Assembly: GCA_029953675.1 (NCBI GenBank)
Contig: JAMWBK010000005.1
Span: 1,054,001-1,118,000, forward strand
Source of the DNA: Rhodosorus marinus CCMP1338
Taxonomy: Eukaryota > Plantae > Rhodophyta
Reading direction: 5' to 3'
Length of the DNA: 64,000 nt
The notes under the pieces were generated by a model. The model searched no databases, was not told the origin of the DNA, and saw nothing but the letters and a program-made list of their open reading frames with translations. A program made the position numbers and the translations under genes. The stretch's first letter is position 1; each line of letters starts with the position of its first letter. Shown here piece after piece: positions 48,001 to 61,800 of this stretch.

Positions 48001-50987
48001 AGTAGTCATGTCGGTGAAGAACACTGTGAATATCGAAGAGCTCGTGAAGGAGGTGGAGGAGAGGAAAAAGCTTCGGATTCTGCTGCCGTTCTTTGAGTCG
48101 AGGATGCAAGATGGGGACAAAGAACCCGACGTCCATACAGGAATGGCCAAGGTGTACGTGGACTGTAACGTGAACCCGGAGCACTTTCTGGAGACCGATG
48201 AACTGTATGACCATCTCCAGGTAGGCGCTTTCTGTGAGAAGCGTGATCCGCATCTTGCCTTTATGGCGTACATGAAAGGTCAATGTGATGAGCAGCTGCT
48301 TGATGTAACCACGAAGAACCATCTTTTCAAGGAGCAGGCGCAATATCTGGTGGCGAGAGAGGACCTTGACTTATGGGCACAAGTACTAGACGAAGAAAAT
48401 GAACATAGGAAGCTTCTTGTAGAGCAGGTTATCTCGTCCGCTCTTCCCGAAACCAAGGAACCTGAGAAGGTTTCTTCGACAGTGAAAGCCTTCATTGCTG
48501 CCAACATGCCTTCAGTGTTGATGGAGTTGCTTGAAACGTTGGTGCTTCAGACGGTTGGGTCCGTATTCTCGCAGAACAGGAACTTGCAAAACCTTCTTCT
48601 TCTTACCTCCATTAAGGCGGATAAGAGTCGGGTCATGGACTATGTACGAAGGCTGGACAATTTTGACGGTGTCGATGTTGCTCAAATCGCAATAGCCGAA
48701 GAACTCTATGAAGAGGCATTCGCCATTTACGCGAAGATTGAAAAGTACGACCTAGCGGTCGATGTTCTGTTGGATAATATGAAGGATTTCGATCGCGGAA
48801 AGGAATTTGCAGCCAAAGTAGATCGCCCCGAGGTATGGAGCAGACTGGGTGCCGCTCTTGTTGAGAACGATTTGATTATCGAAGGTGTGAACGCTATTAT
48901 GAAGGCGAAAGACCCAGGAGCGTACATGACGGTAATCAGCAAAGCCAAGGATGGTGCCACCAATGAGGACTACAAGGTTATTGTCAAGTACTTGAAGTTT
49001 GCACGAGGAAAAGCCCGCGAGGGAGGCAGCGCTATTGATTCAGAAATCGTTTATGGACTTTGCGTAAATGGACAACTGTCCGAAATGGAGGAGTTCATCT
49101 CGTCCTCCAACCAGGCCGAACTGGAGGAAGTCGGGGACCGCGTGTTCGAGAAGGGTTTATTCGACGCTTCCAAGATCTTGTTCTCGTCCATCAACAACCA
49201 TGCTCGATTGGCCTGTGTTCTGGTTAAGCTTGGGGATTATCAAGCAGCTGTGGACGCGTCGAAGAAGGCGAACAAGATATCAACATGGAAGTTCGTATGC
49301 TTTGAATGCGTCGAAGCAAAGGAGTTTCGACTTGCGCAGACCTGTGGTCTTCAGCTCATTGTCGAAGCATCCGAGTTGCAGGTATGGTTGGTGAAGAGAG
49401 CCTCTGGGCCGTAGTGGTACGTGTCTCTGATGTGTCTCCCCCGCATATGTTTTTCGAAATGCTTCAGGAAGTAATTGACTACTATGAGCGAAGGGGATAC
49501 TTTACGCAGCTCATTGACCTGCTGGATGCTGGTCTTGTGTTGGAGAGGGCTATACCAAATATGTTCACGAATCTTGGGGTTTTACTAACAAAGTACAGGG
49601 AGGAACGTATGATGGATTTCTGCAAAATGTGGTGGCAACGAGCTAACGTGCCAAGGCTCCTCCGAGCATGCGACGATGCAAAGCTGTACGCGGAAAAGGT
49701 CTACCTCCACACTGTTTACAAGGAGTATGACCAGGCCGCTGCGACAATGATCGAACACGCCCCGTCGTCGTGGAGTCCGAGTTCGTTCATTGAGGTTATG
49801 ACAAAAGCTACTAATGTGGATGTCATGGTCAAGGGTACTTGGTTGCTCATACTCGGGTATCGCTTCTGTGTGTCTGTCTGTATTATTCCTCACTCACGTG
49901 CTTGTTTTCGATGGCAATAGGAGTGAGATTCTACATTGAGGAGCATCCTCAGTTGCTCAATGATCTTCTGCAGCTTCTGGGGGGAAAGATGGAAGAGGTT
50001 AGGACAATTGCTATGCTCAAAACTATTAACGCGGAGACATTCGGGCCGCTTGGGATTCTGCCACTGTGCAAGGAATATCTACTGAAACTGCAGGAGAAGA
50101 ACACTGTGGAGGTAAGCCTGGTTTTTTGTGTCAGAGTGAAATGCTAGTTTTGACCTGATAAACGAGGGTTTTGCATTTGATTCGAAGGTTAACGAAGCGC
50201 TGAACAACATTTATATTCGAGAGGGCGATCTCGATTCATTGAGGAGGAGCGCCAAAACCCATAAGAACTTTAACATTCCCGCGCTTGCGCATAGACTAGA
50301 AACTCATGAATTGCTGAACTACCGACGACTTGCCGTTGAGCTCTACAAAGAGGCGAAGAAATACGAACGTGCAATCGAGCTTGCAAAGGAGGACAGTCTT
50401 TATAAGGACGCGATCGATTGCGTAGCCGCTAGCAAGGTAAGCAAGGTTCTGAGCAGACGTAAGCCATAGAGCCGACCTGACTGGGAGGGAATTATTTGCC
50501 AGGATGCCGAGTTGACTGAGCAGTTGGCGCAGTTCTTCCTTGAAAACGGCTTGCGAGAATGTTATTCAGCAGTGCTGTACACGTGCTTTGAATTTTTCCG
50601 CCCCGACGTTGCTATCGAAATGGCATGGTCTCACCAAGTGATGGACTTTACGATGCCGTTTGTGATTCAGACCGTAAAGGAGATCAGCAACCGAGTCATC
50701 TTCCTCGAAGAGGTATGCATGGAGTTTAGTGACACACAATTCTCTTCCGCCAATGACTACATATGGCTTACTGAGCTTGCAAGGGTGTGTATTCCTTCGT
50801 ATAGATTGTCAAAGAACAAAAGGAGAAGGCTGAAGAGGACAAGAAGGCAGTTGATGATGAGGTTAATGATGATACAAGCGTGCTCCTCTATGGAGTACCG
50901 TCGAACATGGGGCAGACGGGTCAACTCATGTTTGGTGGTTCCGGCGGACCGGCTCAATTAACCCTTCCCGCACCGCCGTCTCAATAG
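45059..50987 (+). CDS. CHC1: Clathrin heavy chain, multi-exon
   Basis: VIVDL---RRPMSAESVLMNP, KYGILYLVTKMGYVHVFDIET, LECSEELGD, DPRPLINVCD, FCEKRDPHLA, NPEHFL and HEACYFEFFRPD-like C-terminal motifs; about 1,000-aa central exon. Confidence 0.97.
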
Positions 50988-51395
50988 ATTTCGCCTCGTA
51001 AAGTCCATCCGCTACGGACGACTATCTACTCAGACGGATCTTGATAGAGCGACAGTGATCCACCTTGCCTGTGTGAGTCAGATCACTGGATTAGCTCTTT
51101 TTTTGCTAGTCCTTGAATTGTACAAGTGGACTATGGTCATTGTAGCAGACGCTATTGCCGAAGAGTACTGTAAAGTCAAAAATACGTTTGCTCTTATTCA
51201 GTCGAGATTCACAGAACTGTGCCAGCGGATTTCAGGAATTGCGTTCATATCGATTGCCGTGCTTTGAATGCGAAGGCTACCAGATGGAGCAGTTTGGAAC
51301 ACGCAAGGTCCAAGCTTGTTCAATTGCTACGGATACAAAAAAGTTTTGCTAAGTTTGTCCTCGGTCTATGACACGACGATTTAGTCGTTCAGCCC

Positions 51396-54300
51396 TCATT
51401 TCGCCATGGACTTCAACAAGTCCGAGCTCCCCTCTCCTGCCTCTCCGACCAATTGCGTTAGCATGCCGGATTTGTTCTTGAGTAGATCTGTTGGACGGCC
51501 CATCTCGCCAACATTCCCATTCGACATGACGATGATCTTTCGTACGAGAGCAAGAATTGTGTTAGACGTTGGGCTAGGTAGTGACCTCAATATCGAGTGA
51601 AGGACTTACCTCGTCAGAATCCATAACCGTTTGCAGCCGGTGCGCTATTGTAATCAGGGTGCAGTCATTCTTGAAGTTTCGAATCGCTTGCTGAACTTTC
51701 GTGTCCGTCTCATGATCGATAGATGCAGTAGCCTCGTCCAGTATCATCAGCTTCGCATTGCGCAAGAGTGCCCGACACAAGCACAAAAGCTGCCTTTGCC
51801 CAACAGAAAAGTTCTGTCCTTGGTCATGAACTTCAGAATCCAAGCCATCAGCTAGCCCGGTGATGCATTCTCTCATTGAAACCAAATCTAGGCACTCCCA
51901 TATTTCCGCATCAGTATGCTGCTTAAACGGATCCAAGTTGTGTCGGACTGTCGCCGAGACGAGCATAGGGTCCTGCAACAACAAATAAGGTAAGTCTTCC
52001 TCCCTGGCCGTGTTAACTAGTCATGCTGTACAAACCTGTGTGATGATTGCCAAACGGCTGCGAAGAGTATGAAGACCCAGCGTGGATATGTCCTTCCCGT
52101 CAACTACAATTTGACCATTGGACATCTCAACCATCCTGAAAAGGGCTTGCGCCAGGGAGGTTTTGCCTGCTCCGGTGCGACCCACTACCCCAACGTTCTC
52201 TCCAGAACGCACGCTGAAGGAAATTCCTTTCAGTGCGGGTGGTAAGTCGGACCGATACTTGAGCTCTACCCCTCGAAACTCCACTTCTCCCTTCGTTGGC
52301 CATTCGCCTTCCGCCGGGTCCCCTGCGAGCATAAAGCAAGCTGTCATCACAAAATAGCGCACCTGGCGAATTTCGTTGTAAGCGGATAGTTGTTTGCAGC
52401 AACGTACCTGGCAGATGCTCAGGAGCCTCCGATGGAAGGTTGGAGTAGTGCAGCACCCTCTCTATAGAATTCATTTGAGTCTCCGTCTCCGTTCCCATTC
52501 GGATAAGCCAGCTGAGTGTTTGAGTGATCTGCAACGCATAGCTTATACTCAAGCCTGCCAGACTGGCAGAGATGTACTTCCCACCCAAGACGGCCAAAAA
52601 CGCCGCTGAAGAGACCAAGACAGTGCCAACAGTCTCCAGTCGAACACCTGTTCCGGGGGAAGAAGCAATTCGCCAAATGTTAATCTTTGAAGGAGTAGCA
52701 ACTGCTGGAAGATTCACAGTCGAAGTGGCTTACTGAGCCATCGATTTGATACAATGTTCCAGAGCATTGGCTTCGTGTTCTCGTCAATTCTTTTCTGGTT
52801 CTCAATCATGAAACGATCGCCAGTATCAAAAGCCCTCACTGTGTCGACGCCGACGAGCGTTTCCCCGAAGAAAGCAAGAATCGGTGCTTTGGTGTTTGCG
52901 TCCAGTCTCCGAAGTTCCCTGCACGTCCTTATATAACGATTCCCAATCATATTATAAAACCACGCCAAGGGGATGATGATGAACACAATCCTCCATGTAA
53001 CGAACATGATTACACTCACGTTTGCTAGCATGCCACAAGAACTCACGTACGTCAGTTATTGCGGTTGTTGCACAAATTTCATCCTCCTGAACTCGAGAGC
53101 ATTACCAACAACGCGAACGACACATAGGAGAAACGATGTTACAGCATCTGGGAGCTCTTCGTCAACGCTGGTCTGATCCTTCGCGAAGCGATTAACGATC
53201 CGTCCCAGGGGTGTGGAATCGAAGAAAGAAATCGGGGAACGCATGACGGAACGCAGCATCTTCGAATGAAGTCTTCTACCGGCTTTCACAACAGAGTAAA
53301 CTACGAGGATCGACCTCGCAAACAGCAGAGCCGAGGCCAAAATCGCTAGTGCAGTATAAACTTCTATGTAGTAGTAGTTGTCCGCTTCAGCACCTTCTTG
53401 GATTGCCGCATTTGTCCACCTTGTCAGCCAACCGTCCACGGCAACCTGAGCGCACATAGCTGTCGAAAAAATTATTCTCAAGTTTAAGGAATGCCGAAAT
53501 TTTGCGCTTGCAAAAGACTAGCCTACCAGCCACCGCAAGCAATGCGTAACTTGTGACCAGTTCCATTCCTAGAGCTCGGAAGTAATCCATGTAGATCTTC
53601 CTTTTGACCTTCCCAACTACACGCTCCTCACTAGTCATGAGCTTGCCTTTCTCAGCTTCACCAACCCCTGCTTTCATTGTCCCGTTCTGCAGCTGCTGTT
53701 GAACCTTGGGGGCAGCAATCTTTTTTGAATCCTCAGCGGCCTCTTGTTGGGGCTCCTCCTCTTCCTCATCCTCTGCTGCACTCAGAAAATGGAACGAAAA
53801 GCCTTGGTTCTTGAGCTCCCAGAAGCTGCCGTCGGCCGATACGGTTCCATTCGAGACAACGATCACTCGGTCGACCTTTTCAAGATACTGAACATGATGA
53901 GTTACAAGAAGCCTCGTTTTGTCGGCTAAAAGAGGGCCGTTGATTGCCTTTTCAAACAGATGCTTTCCCACATGTGCGTCAACCGCACTGAGAGGATCAT
54001 CAAGCAGGTAGACATCAGCCTCGCGATATAAGCAACGCGCTAATGCCACTCTTGACTTCTGCCCTCCGGAGAGAATTATTCCTGAAAAAAACCACTCCTG
54101 TCAACTTGCTGGCCCCCCTATTAGCTGCTATGAGTTTAGAATACCTTTTTCTCCAATTTCTGTGGCGTCTCCGGCTGGGAGAACATCAAGATCACTTTCC
54201 AGGCAGCACGCAGATAGTACTGACTTATATCTCGCCTGGTTGAACGGTTCCCCGAAAAGAATGTTCTCTTTCACTGTCGCGTTCATTAACCACGGAGTCT

Positions 54301-56138
54301 GAACGTGAGGGAGAGCAGTAAAAGCAGAGTTAGGAACTCTAAACAATGAAAATCATCCTCGGCACCTGCGTACCTGCGCCGCGTAGGACACCCGTCCGTT
54401 CAAGAACTCCCTCTCCCCATCTGGGGTTAAGCAATGCATCTCCCCAAGAAGCGCGCTTAGGAAGGACGATTTCCCGCTTCCAACTGATCCGACTATAGTA
54501 GTCAGTGAGCCGGGAATAATTTTTATCTGGGGTGACTTCAGGATGACGGGATTAGACGACGTGCTGGTCAAGGGAGTCAGTTCTGATGCTTCCGAGTTGG
54601 ACTCTAACTCCTTCCATCCATAGTCTGCACCATTGAAACCACCCGCGCAACTCTCAGACGTATCTTGCCGGCGACCAGGTGCTTCAGGGCTCAACAAAAA
54701 CTCCCCTAGACCACAAAAAGAAATGAGCAGTCGATCGCCAATTTTGACCAGGGCAGCGCTTCTGTTTGTTTGAAATCTTACTCAGCCTCTTTGAAGAAAC
54801 CGTAGCTTCGATTGAATTATTGATAAGAGAGGGGAACATATTCAGCGGGAAGCGCAGTATGTTAAACAATGCGAGGGCGACAAAGACTCGTTCCGGAGTG
54901 ATTGGAATATTTGTGGCAAAGGCCATTGCCGCAAATGCCGAGGCAGACACGGCGAGGGGAGCCGCGTTCCACAGAACAGAGCCCATGTTACCGAGGAAGG
55001 TTGACGTTTTTAGAGAAGCGAGTTCCGTTTCTGTCCAGAAAGGCGAAGAAGTTAGCTGGCAATAGTAGATTGATCAGCAAATGCGGATAGAAGCTTACCT
55101 CTCGCGGCCGTCACATTCTCGGTGAGCTCTGGCTCCCAAGCGAAAAACTTCACTTGCCGAATGGAGCTCATTACCTCATTCACCGCTCGAACCTAAGCCA
55201 CAAGCACCGATAAAACGGAGTATACGAGTAAGGGACGGAGTCTGTCTGCACCTAGATTATGCGAAGCCGAAAACAATTGCCTACCCGCTCATCTTTTTTC
55301 TTCATGAGATTTCTCTGAGCGACGTTTCTTTTCTTCATAATCGCCAGATTTAGCGGTATAACAACAGCTGTGATCAAGAGACCAGAAACTGCCCCTACCC
55401 CGATCAACTTCCAGAGTATAATAAACGCAGTAAAGATTTGTAGCGGACCGCTCCAGAGCATGTGAGCGTACGGAGTGAGTCGAGGGCCAATTCGATTAAC
55501 GTCATTGCTCAATAAGTTCATCATCTGACCGACGGACTCTTTGTTTCTAGTTCCTGTGGACACTTTAAGTGCCTTCTTGAAGACCGCACTCATAACGCCA
55601 GATCGTATATGTGTGCCTGAGCGAAAGCACATCATAAAATATTGTTGCAGCAGAATTGTCTGCAGCAATGAAGAACAAAATAGCAATACAGCGTAGCGCA
55701 GACCACCACCAGTCGCAATGGTTTGCAACAGTCCGTGCAAAGCGAACGGGCCGACAAAATGCAAGAAATCGTAGATAGCTTTCAACGGGGCAGCCCGCAG
55801 GAACAGCCCACCGTGAGCTCTCGCAACTGCCTTAGCCAAGGAGGCAGACTGTCCCTTTTGCGCTTCCTTCGCCCACTCCTGCTCAAATCTCGCCGCCTGG
55901 AATTCAGCCCGGTCCTCCTCAGAAAGATCGAACAGATCTTCCATAACCTATAAACCAAACAGTGTTTTGGGGTGCCAATGAGCAACTGCAGAACCCCTCC
56001 CAACCAGTTTGAAACCAGAAAGTTGTTTGGCGTGCTCACCAGAGGCCTCTGATACCCTAGCTGCAGAAGTGGATTAAACCACAAGTACAGCATCCGGGAC
56101 CAGAACGTGGCCTTTCCCTCTGGACTCGGGGTACACAT
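51396..56138 (-). CDS. ABC transporter subfamily C (MRP-like, short form starting at the lasso motif), many introns
   Basis: [21 protein letters not shown]; NBD1 [30 protein letters not shown]; NBD2 [28 protein letters not shown]; [14 protein letters not shown]. Confidence 0.95.
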
Positions 56139-57368
56139 CTTGGCGTATACTCGATCGCAACCTGCAGGTTCCCCCACACCACTCCCAACGATCGGAAACC
56201 TATCCCGATCGTAAAAAGCAACCCAAAAAAACAAAACCGAAAATTCAAAAATAAAATGAGCAACCCTCACCAGCAATCTATCTTCCCGTAGATTAGAAGG
56301 AAGTCTCTCTCCCCGTCCCTTCCCTCCTCCTACCCAAAGCCGTCCCTTCAACTTTCATCACCCACCCCTCTTGTTAACCCCAACTCCGCTTACTGCCAAA
56401 ACTCCCAAAAGCCCCAAACCCACCGTTCCCTAGAGCACATTTCACCTCCACGTACCCATATTCTCAAATTTTAATTCTTTTTACCGGGCCAAGTCTTAAG
56501 AAGGTCGATGGTTCCCTCTCAAAATGCAAAATCGTTGAAGGAAAAGTGTTTTGCAAACATGCGCAAAACCCCACAGTTTTCGGGCCAAATCACGAGGGTC
56601 CCCCAATGTTCCTACCGAGCGGCAGCCACTATTGTTTTTAAAGAATTTTGCCTATTTTTAAAAAACTATATTGAATGATGAGCTAGAGCGCTCGTAATCC
56701 TGAATTTCTTTCTCTTTTGGGCAAATCATGCCCACCACGGCATAACCTTGGTATTTATTTTATTAAAATGAAAGGTTCGTTTTAGAACTTGGGTAAGCGA
56801 ACGCAAGGTGGAGGGTTGCTGGGTCATCAAGGTGATGACTTGATTGTTAAGACCGTGAAATGAACACCTGTTGACATAGGTTAAATTTACAGAGTAACAG
56901 ATCGATGAGGCTGGGGTCGTCCGGGTGGGAACGACCACACTCGAAACTGAATATTGAACCGCATCTGGCCACGACAGAGGGTTTGCTCCAAAATGCCATA
57001 ATTCATAGGGTAGCAATGGACCCTGGTAAGTGGCAACGATCAGGAAGTAAAAACATCCAGACCTGGAGCCAGTTCCCGCCCCTGCGCTCGGCCAGCCCAT
57101 TCTCAACGTCTCATTTGCAGTCCCGAACAAAACCCAAAGCCTCTGCATCAGAGAAGCCAGGTGCTGCGGCGGAGGTGCCATATTCGGCTAGAATATTGTG
57201 CCACAAAAAAATTTACCGGATTGCGAAATAACCTACTGGGCACGCACGGAAATCTCTAGTCTGGAATACCGAGGATTACCAGAGTCGAAAAACGCATGTA
57301 GGGATCACCGCACAGTGGCAAAACAAAGCAGGCTCTCGATTGTAGGATGTTAGCCCTGACTAGGAGGA

Positions 57369-57391
57369 TGCGATGTCCTTCGGACATCGCA
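57369..57391. repeat. Perfect 10-bp inverted repeat with 3-nt spacer
   Basis: TGCGATGTCC-TTC-GGACATCGCA. Confidence 0.8.
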
Positions 57392-58130
57392 GCGACGGGA
57401 TGAATGGTTGATCCGTTCGAAAGCTCTCAACCTTGAAACTCACTGCATGTCCTTAAATGGATCTGTTCTCCCACCAAGCAACATCTATCAATCCCATCCT
57501 TGAACCAAACGTTTAGTGAGGAGCCCTCGCCCTTTCATTGGTTACTGTCACCGACTACCATATAATTATTCAATCATATATAGCCACGCGTCCTTAATAA
57601 CAGTTTGGAACAGGATCGAAAGATATTAAAATTAATTAAAATAGAGAACTAGACGACATTGCCAATTTTTTTGTGAGGGGGAGCAGAGGTTCTCAAAAGT
57701 TAATTAAAAACACATTTCGTAGAGAGAGCTCCTTGGAAGACACAAGAAAACAACGTGGTATATGAAACGCAAACAAAACAGGACTCGAACTGGGAAAACA
57801 AAAAAATAAAAGAAACTCGCGCGCTTGTGAATATGTTGAATAAACACGTTCATTCAAAGACAATGACCCTGAAAACTCATACAGTTGATTTTCTGATGAT
57901 TATTTTTTGGGGGGGGTCATATTTTCGTCTGATATAATGTTTCTGTGGAGATACGTGAGTACATATAATATGGAATAGAAGAAGAAAATTGGACGTACTT
58001 GTATGAACATCTTTGACTGGTGACCAGTAAGTCACGTATTAGCAGACAGGTATTTTGAATTTGTTTTCATAGAGACCCGTCCTTTTTTTCGTTTATTACA
58101 TATTATATGGTCTTCCATTTGTCGGAAATC

Positions 58131-58151
58131 GTCCGATAACAATTATCGGAC
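58131..58151. repeat. Perfect 9-bp inverted repeat with 3-nt spacer
   Basis: GTCCGATAA-CAA-TTATCGGAC. Confidence 0.8.
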
Positions 58152-58830
58152 TATTTATGACAACCGGAATTTTCTGGTGGTAAACAAGGGAAAAGCAACC
58201 GCAACGTAATTTAGAGCAAGTACAGTATAGTTTATGAAAGCCGGGATCGCAAAATTCAGGATTTTTTGAAAATTTAAGGATTATTTTTAGGCTGCAGGCA
58301 CCCTATATTGCTGTTTATTTGAGCAAGATTGCTCTTCTTTTTGCAAGGTTCGAACGTGAATGGGTTTTGGGCTGATGTCTATATACTGGTCTCGTGCGGA
58401 TGGGTACAGTGAAGAATGTCGCCCTAAGGGAGGAGTGTGTCATTCACTGGGAATCCAATGCGGGAAAAAGGCAACCGAGGACCTATTTTATCTCATTTTG
58501 TTTTGTCTTGGCTTTTAATTCTTGTTGCTGCGATTCGGTTGGGACTTGAGGAAGGGCTTGCAGAGTGGGATTGCCTTTGTGTTGTTTTTCCTGAGAGAAG
58601 ACTTGCTGGTCGGAACGACGTTTCCTGTGGGTAAAGGATTGTTGCGTTCCTTAGAACTATTTCTATCTTTGCGAGAGATTAGTTTGAAAGAACAGGGATT
58701 TTTATAGAGAGGAGTCTTTTTGTCAGGAATAGACGGGGTTGTTCACCCTCGAGCGTTGCTTTTGGTGGGGGACACGATGAGTACTTTTGGATGGTGAAGA
58801 AGAGGGTTGGGGTTGTTCAGTTGAGACAAA

Positions 58831-61800
58831 ATGGAGAGCGATTGGAGGTCAGAGTTTGACGAAGCCAAGCGCAAGGCCATCCGGGACTGGGCAGAGGATA
58901 AGCTCATGAGTTCATATGCAGATTTGGATATGCCCCCACAGGTCAGTTTCAGTGAATCGAGTTGCTTTTGTTCAGTCCCCTACACGGAAACTGGATTTTG
59001 AGTTTCTTTCTGTAGGAGGACTCGTAGTCCCGAAGGGTGTTGTGAGGCGTCCATTCAAGTTGACCGCTTCCGGTCTGAGGACTTGGCAGTCTTCCTAATA
59101 TGTCGAGCAAACGGAGATTGGTTTAGTACTGACGGCTGTTCTATTTATTTCGTATGCTGAGGACTGTAGGTTGTGAAGGACAAAGTTGCCAAGTTCGAGG
59201 AGCGGGTTTTCGCACTAGCAGGGAGCAAAGAGATTTATGTAAACACCCTGGCAAGCAAGCTCGACGCGATCCGAAAAAACAGAGAGGATAAGCAAAAGCA
59301 GCAGCCTGCCACGCAGGCAACGCCGCAGGCAGCTCAGCCAAACCGTCAGGGAGTAGGGGGCAGTGATGCCAGTCAAAATTTCAATGTAAGCTTCCTGAAC
59401 TTTGAGCAAGTCCTCCGAAACGCCGACTTCTGACCTACCTTGTCTTCAGGGTCAAAGCCATTTGCAAGCCTCATCTGGGAGACAACCAATGAAGTACAGT
59501 CAATATCAGAGAGGGGAGTATAGAACTGTAAACCAAGCAACGTCCCAGCAGATGCCTATGCAGCAAGCAGGTCAGCTTCATCAGAATTCCCTTGGTGCAG
59601 TGCCTCAAGAACAGCAGGCGCAGGTATGGAAATAACCTCATCTCTTCTAAGAGTGGACCTCAGCGACTTTCGAACAATGATTGAGACAAATGCGCAACCT
59701 TCAGTTCAAAGTAATCAAAATCTTCGAATTGCGGGTTCCGGTTTGACGAGCGCGACTAGAACTTCCTTTTAAAACAATTCTCATTGTGCTTTTCGACATC
59801 TGTTTCCAGGCTGGAAATCGGACAGTATGGAGTGAGCTTCAGAGATTGAAAAAGGAGTACGGGGAGGAATTCCACTACTGGGCGCAATCTGTGGCAAAAA
59901 GCAGTCGCGTGCACAGACAGATGAAAGAGCGCGTGTTGGAGTGGGACCGAATACTCCAAATTGGAGATCCGCAGGCACTGTCGCCGAAGATTACCTTCGA
60001 TCGGATTGCGGAAGTTGAGAAGAATATTCGGCAGTACATAAAACCTCGCCGTGATTCACAATCGGGACGGAATTCGGCGAATCCCATGAAAAGGAATTCT
60101 TCTTCGAGTTCCAAGCAAGGAGGACCACCCCAAATGACTCAAGCGCAGTACGCTAAACAACAGCAGATGAATCAGAATATGAAAAGAATCCCACAGCAAG
60201 GGCCTTACACGGGAAATGGCGCTCTACAACCACAAACCGCCGGGGCCAACGTACAGATGGGAAACATTGACAGTAGACCAAATTCGCACCAAGCTCATCG
60301 TGGCCAGCAGACTCAACAGGCGGGCGGGACCCAGACCTCTTCAGAGTATTCTAGCCAGGTGGGTTTGTTGATAAACTTGTCTGAACGGTATCGCTTCGCG
60401 AAAACTTGAAAGACTAAGTTTTGGAATTGCCTGTGATTAGATTCCGTCACACCTCCAGAGGAGTTTGCCTCAGGGAACGCAGCGACCTGCACCTGGTCAG
60501 CTGCAGGACCAAGCATCTATACGGGAAGCACAGCAGCAAATTCTGGCGAGACAACTACAGCAGCAACAACAACAACAGCGCCAGAGAGCGTCAACGCAGA
60601 GGCAAATGCAGCAATTGCAACAGCGTCAACAAAAGCAGGGCACTCAGAAAATAGCGCAACAAATAGCAGACCTGCCTCCTGATATGCAAGCGCAAATGTC
60701 GGAACAACTTGGCCAACCGCAATCACAGCGCCAAATGGTGCAACAGCTTTCCGAGCAGCAAGTGCTACAAGAACTATCCCAGCAGTTGCTACAAAAGAGA
60801 GGCTCCGGACCGCAACGAACGAACCAACAACAACTGGCGGCACAGCTGCAAAAGAGAATGCCCAAACAGCAGATTCATCAAGTACAGCAGCAAATTGCAC
60901 CGAGCAATACTACCCAGATGAGAGCGACAACCGGTGAGCCTTGTTGCAATCAGTAACTAGGCGGACCCTACTTAGTCCCCACCAAATTCTTGCTGATGGG
61001 ATATTTCGTTTCTTGCGCAGGAGGAGCATCTGCCCGTGTTGCTCAAAATCAGCTTCAAGCACAGCAAAAAGAGCTGCAAGATGCGACGCAATACATGAGA
61101 GGACGTCTGAATCAAGCGGCAAATCCTCAGGCCCAAGTACAAAATCAGGGGAAGCTCCTGCAACAACAGCTTCGTCATCCGGACAATGCTCAACAGTATT
61201 CTCAATCTAAGCTCCTAGCAGCGAAGCTTGCGGTTGCTGGCAGAGGTAGGAATTCGCGAATAATTTAACTCTGCTCGCTCTCTCCGCACTCAGCCTAGGT
61301 AGAACCAGCGAAGGAGATGAACTCAGTTTCGATTTTGTGGCACATTGGATATTGTCAGGTGGTGGGAATCAACAAGCCAAGGTTGAACCCGCGACAACCA
61401 AAACAGATGTTGGTCGAGTGCCTGGGGGTGTGGCTGGTGTGAGTCCGCAACAGGTTGCTGCGCGGAATCGCGCATTGATGCAGCAGCAGCAGCAGCAGCA
61501 GAGCGCGCAAAAAGTTGCAAAGGAAGATCCCTATGGGAGCCATGCAAATGTTTCGCAAGCCATGATTGGCAACGGTAGAGCTGAAGTTCAGAACAGTGGA
61601 GAAGCTCAAGACTTGCAGGTGAGCTTGTTGTTCCGATAGACGGGTTTCTGGTTCAAACCTCTCAATTTTCAGCTGAACACGCATAAATTTACCTATCGTT
61701 TCTAAGATGCGGGACCTGCTTGGGGGAACAACGCTTCCAACTGGGGCACGTGCTCTAGCCGCCCAGCGGGGTGCCGCAAGTGGGGGAAGTTTGCAAGGGG

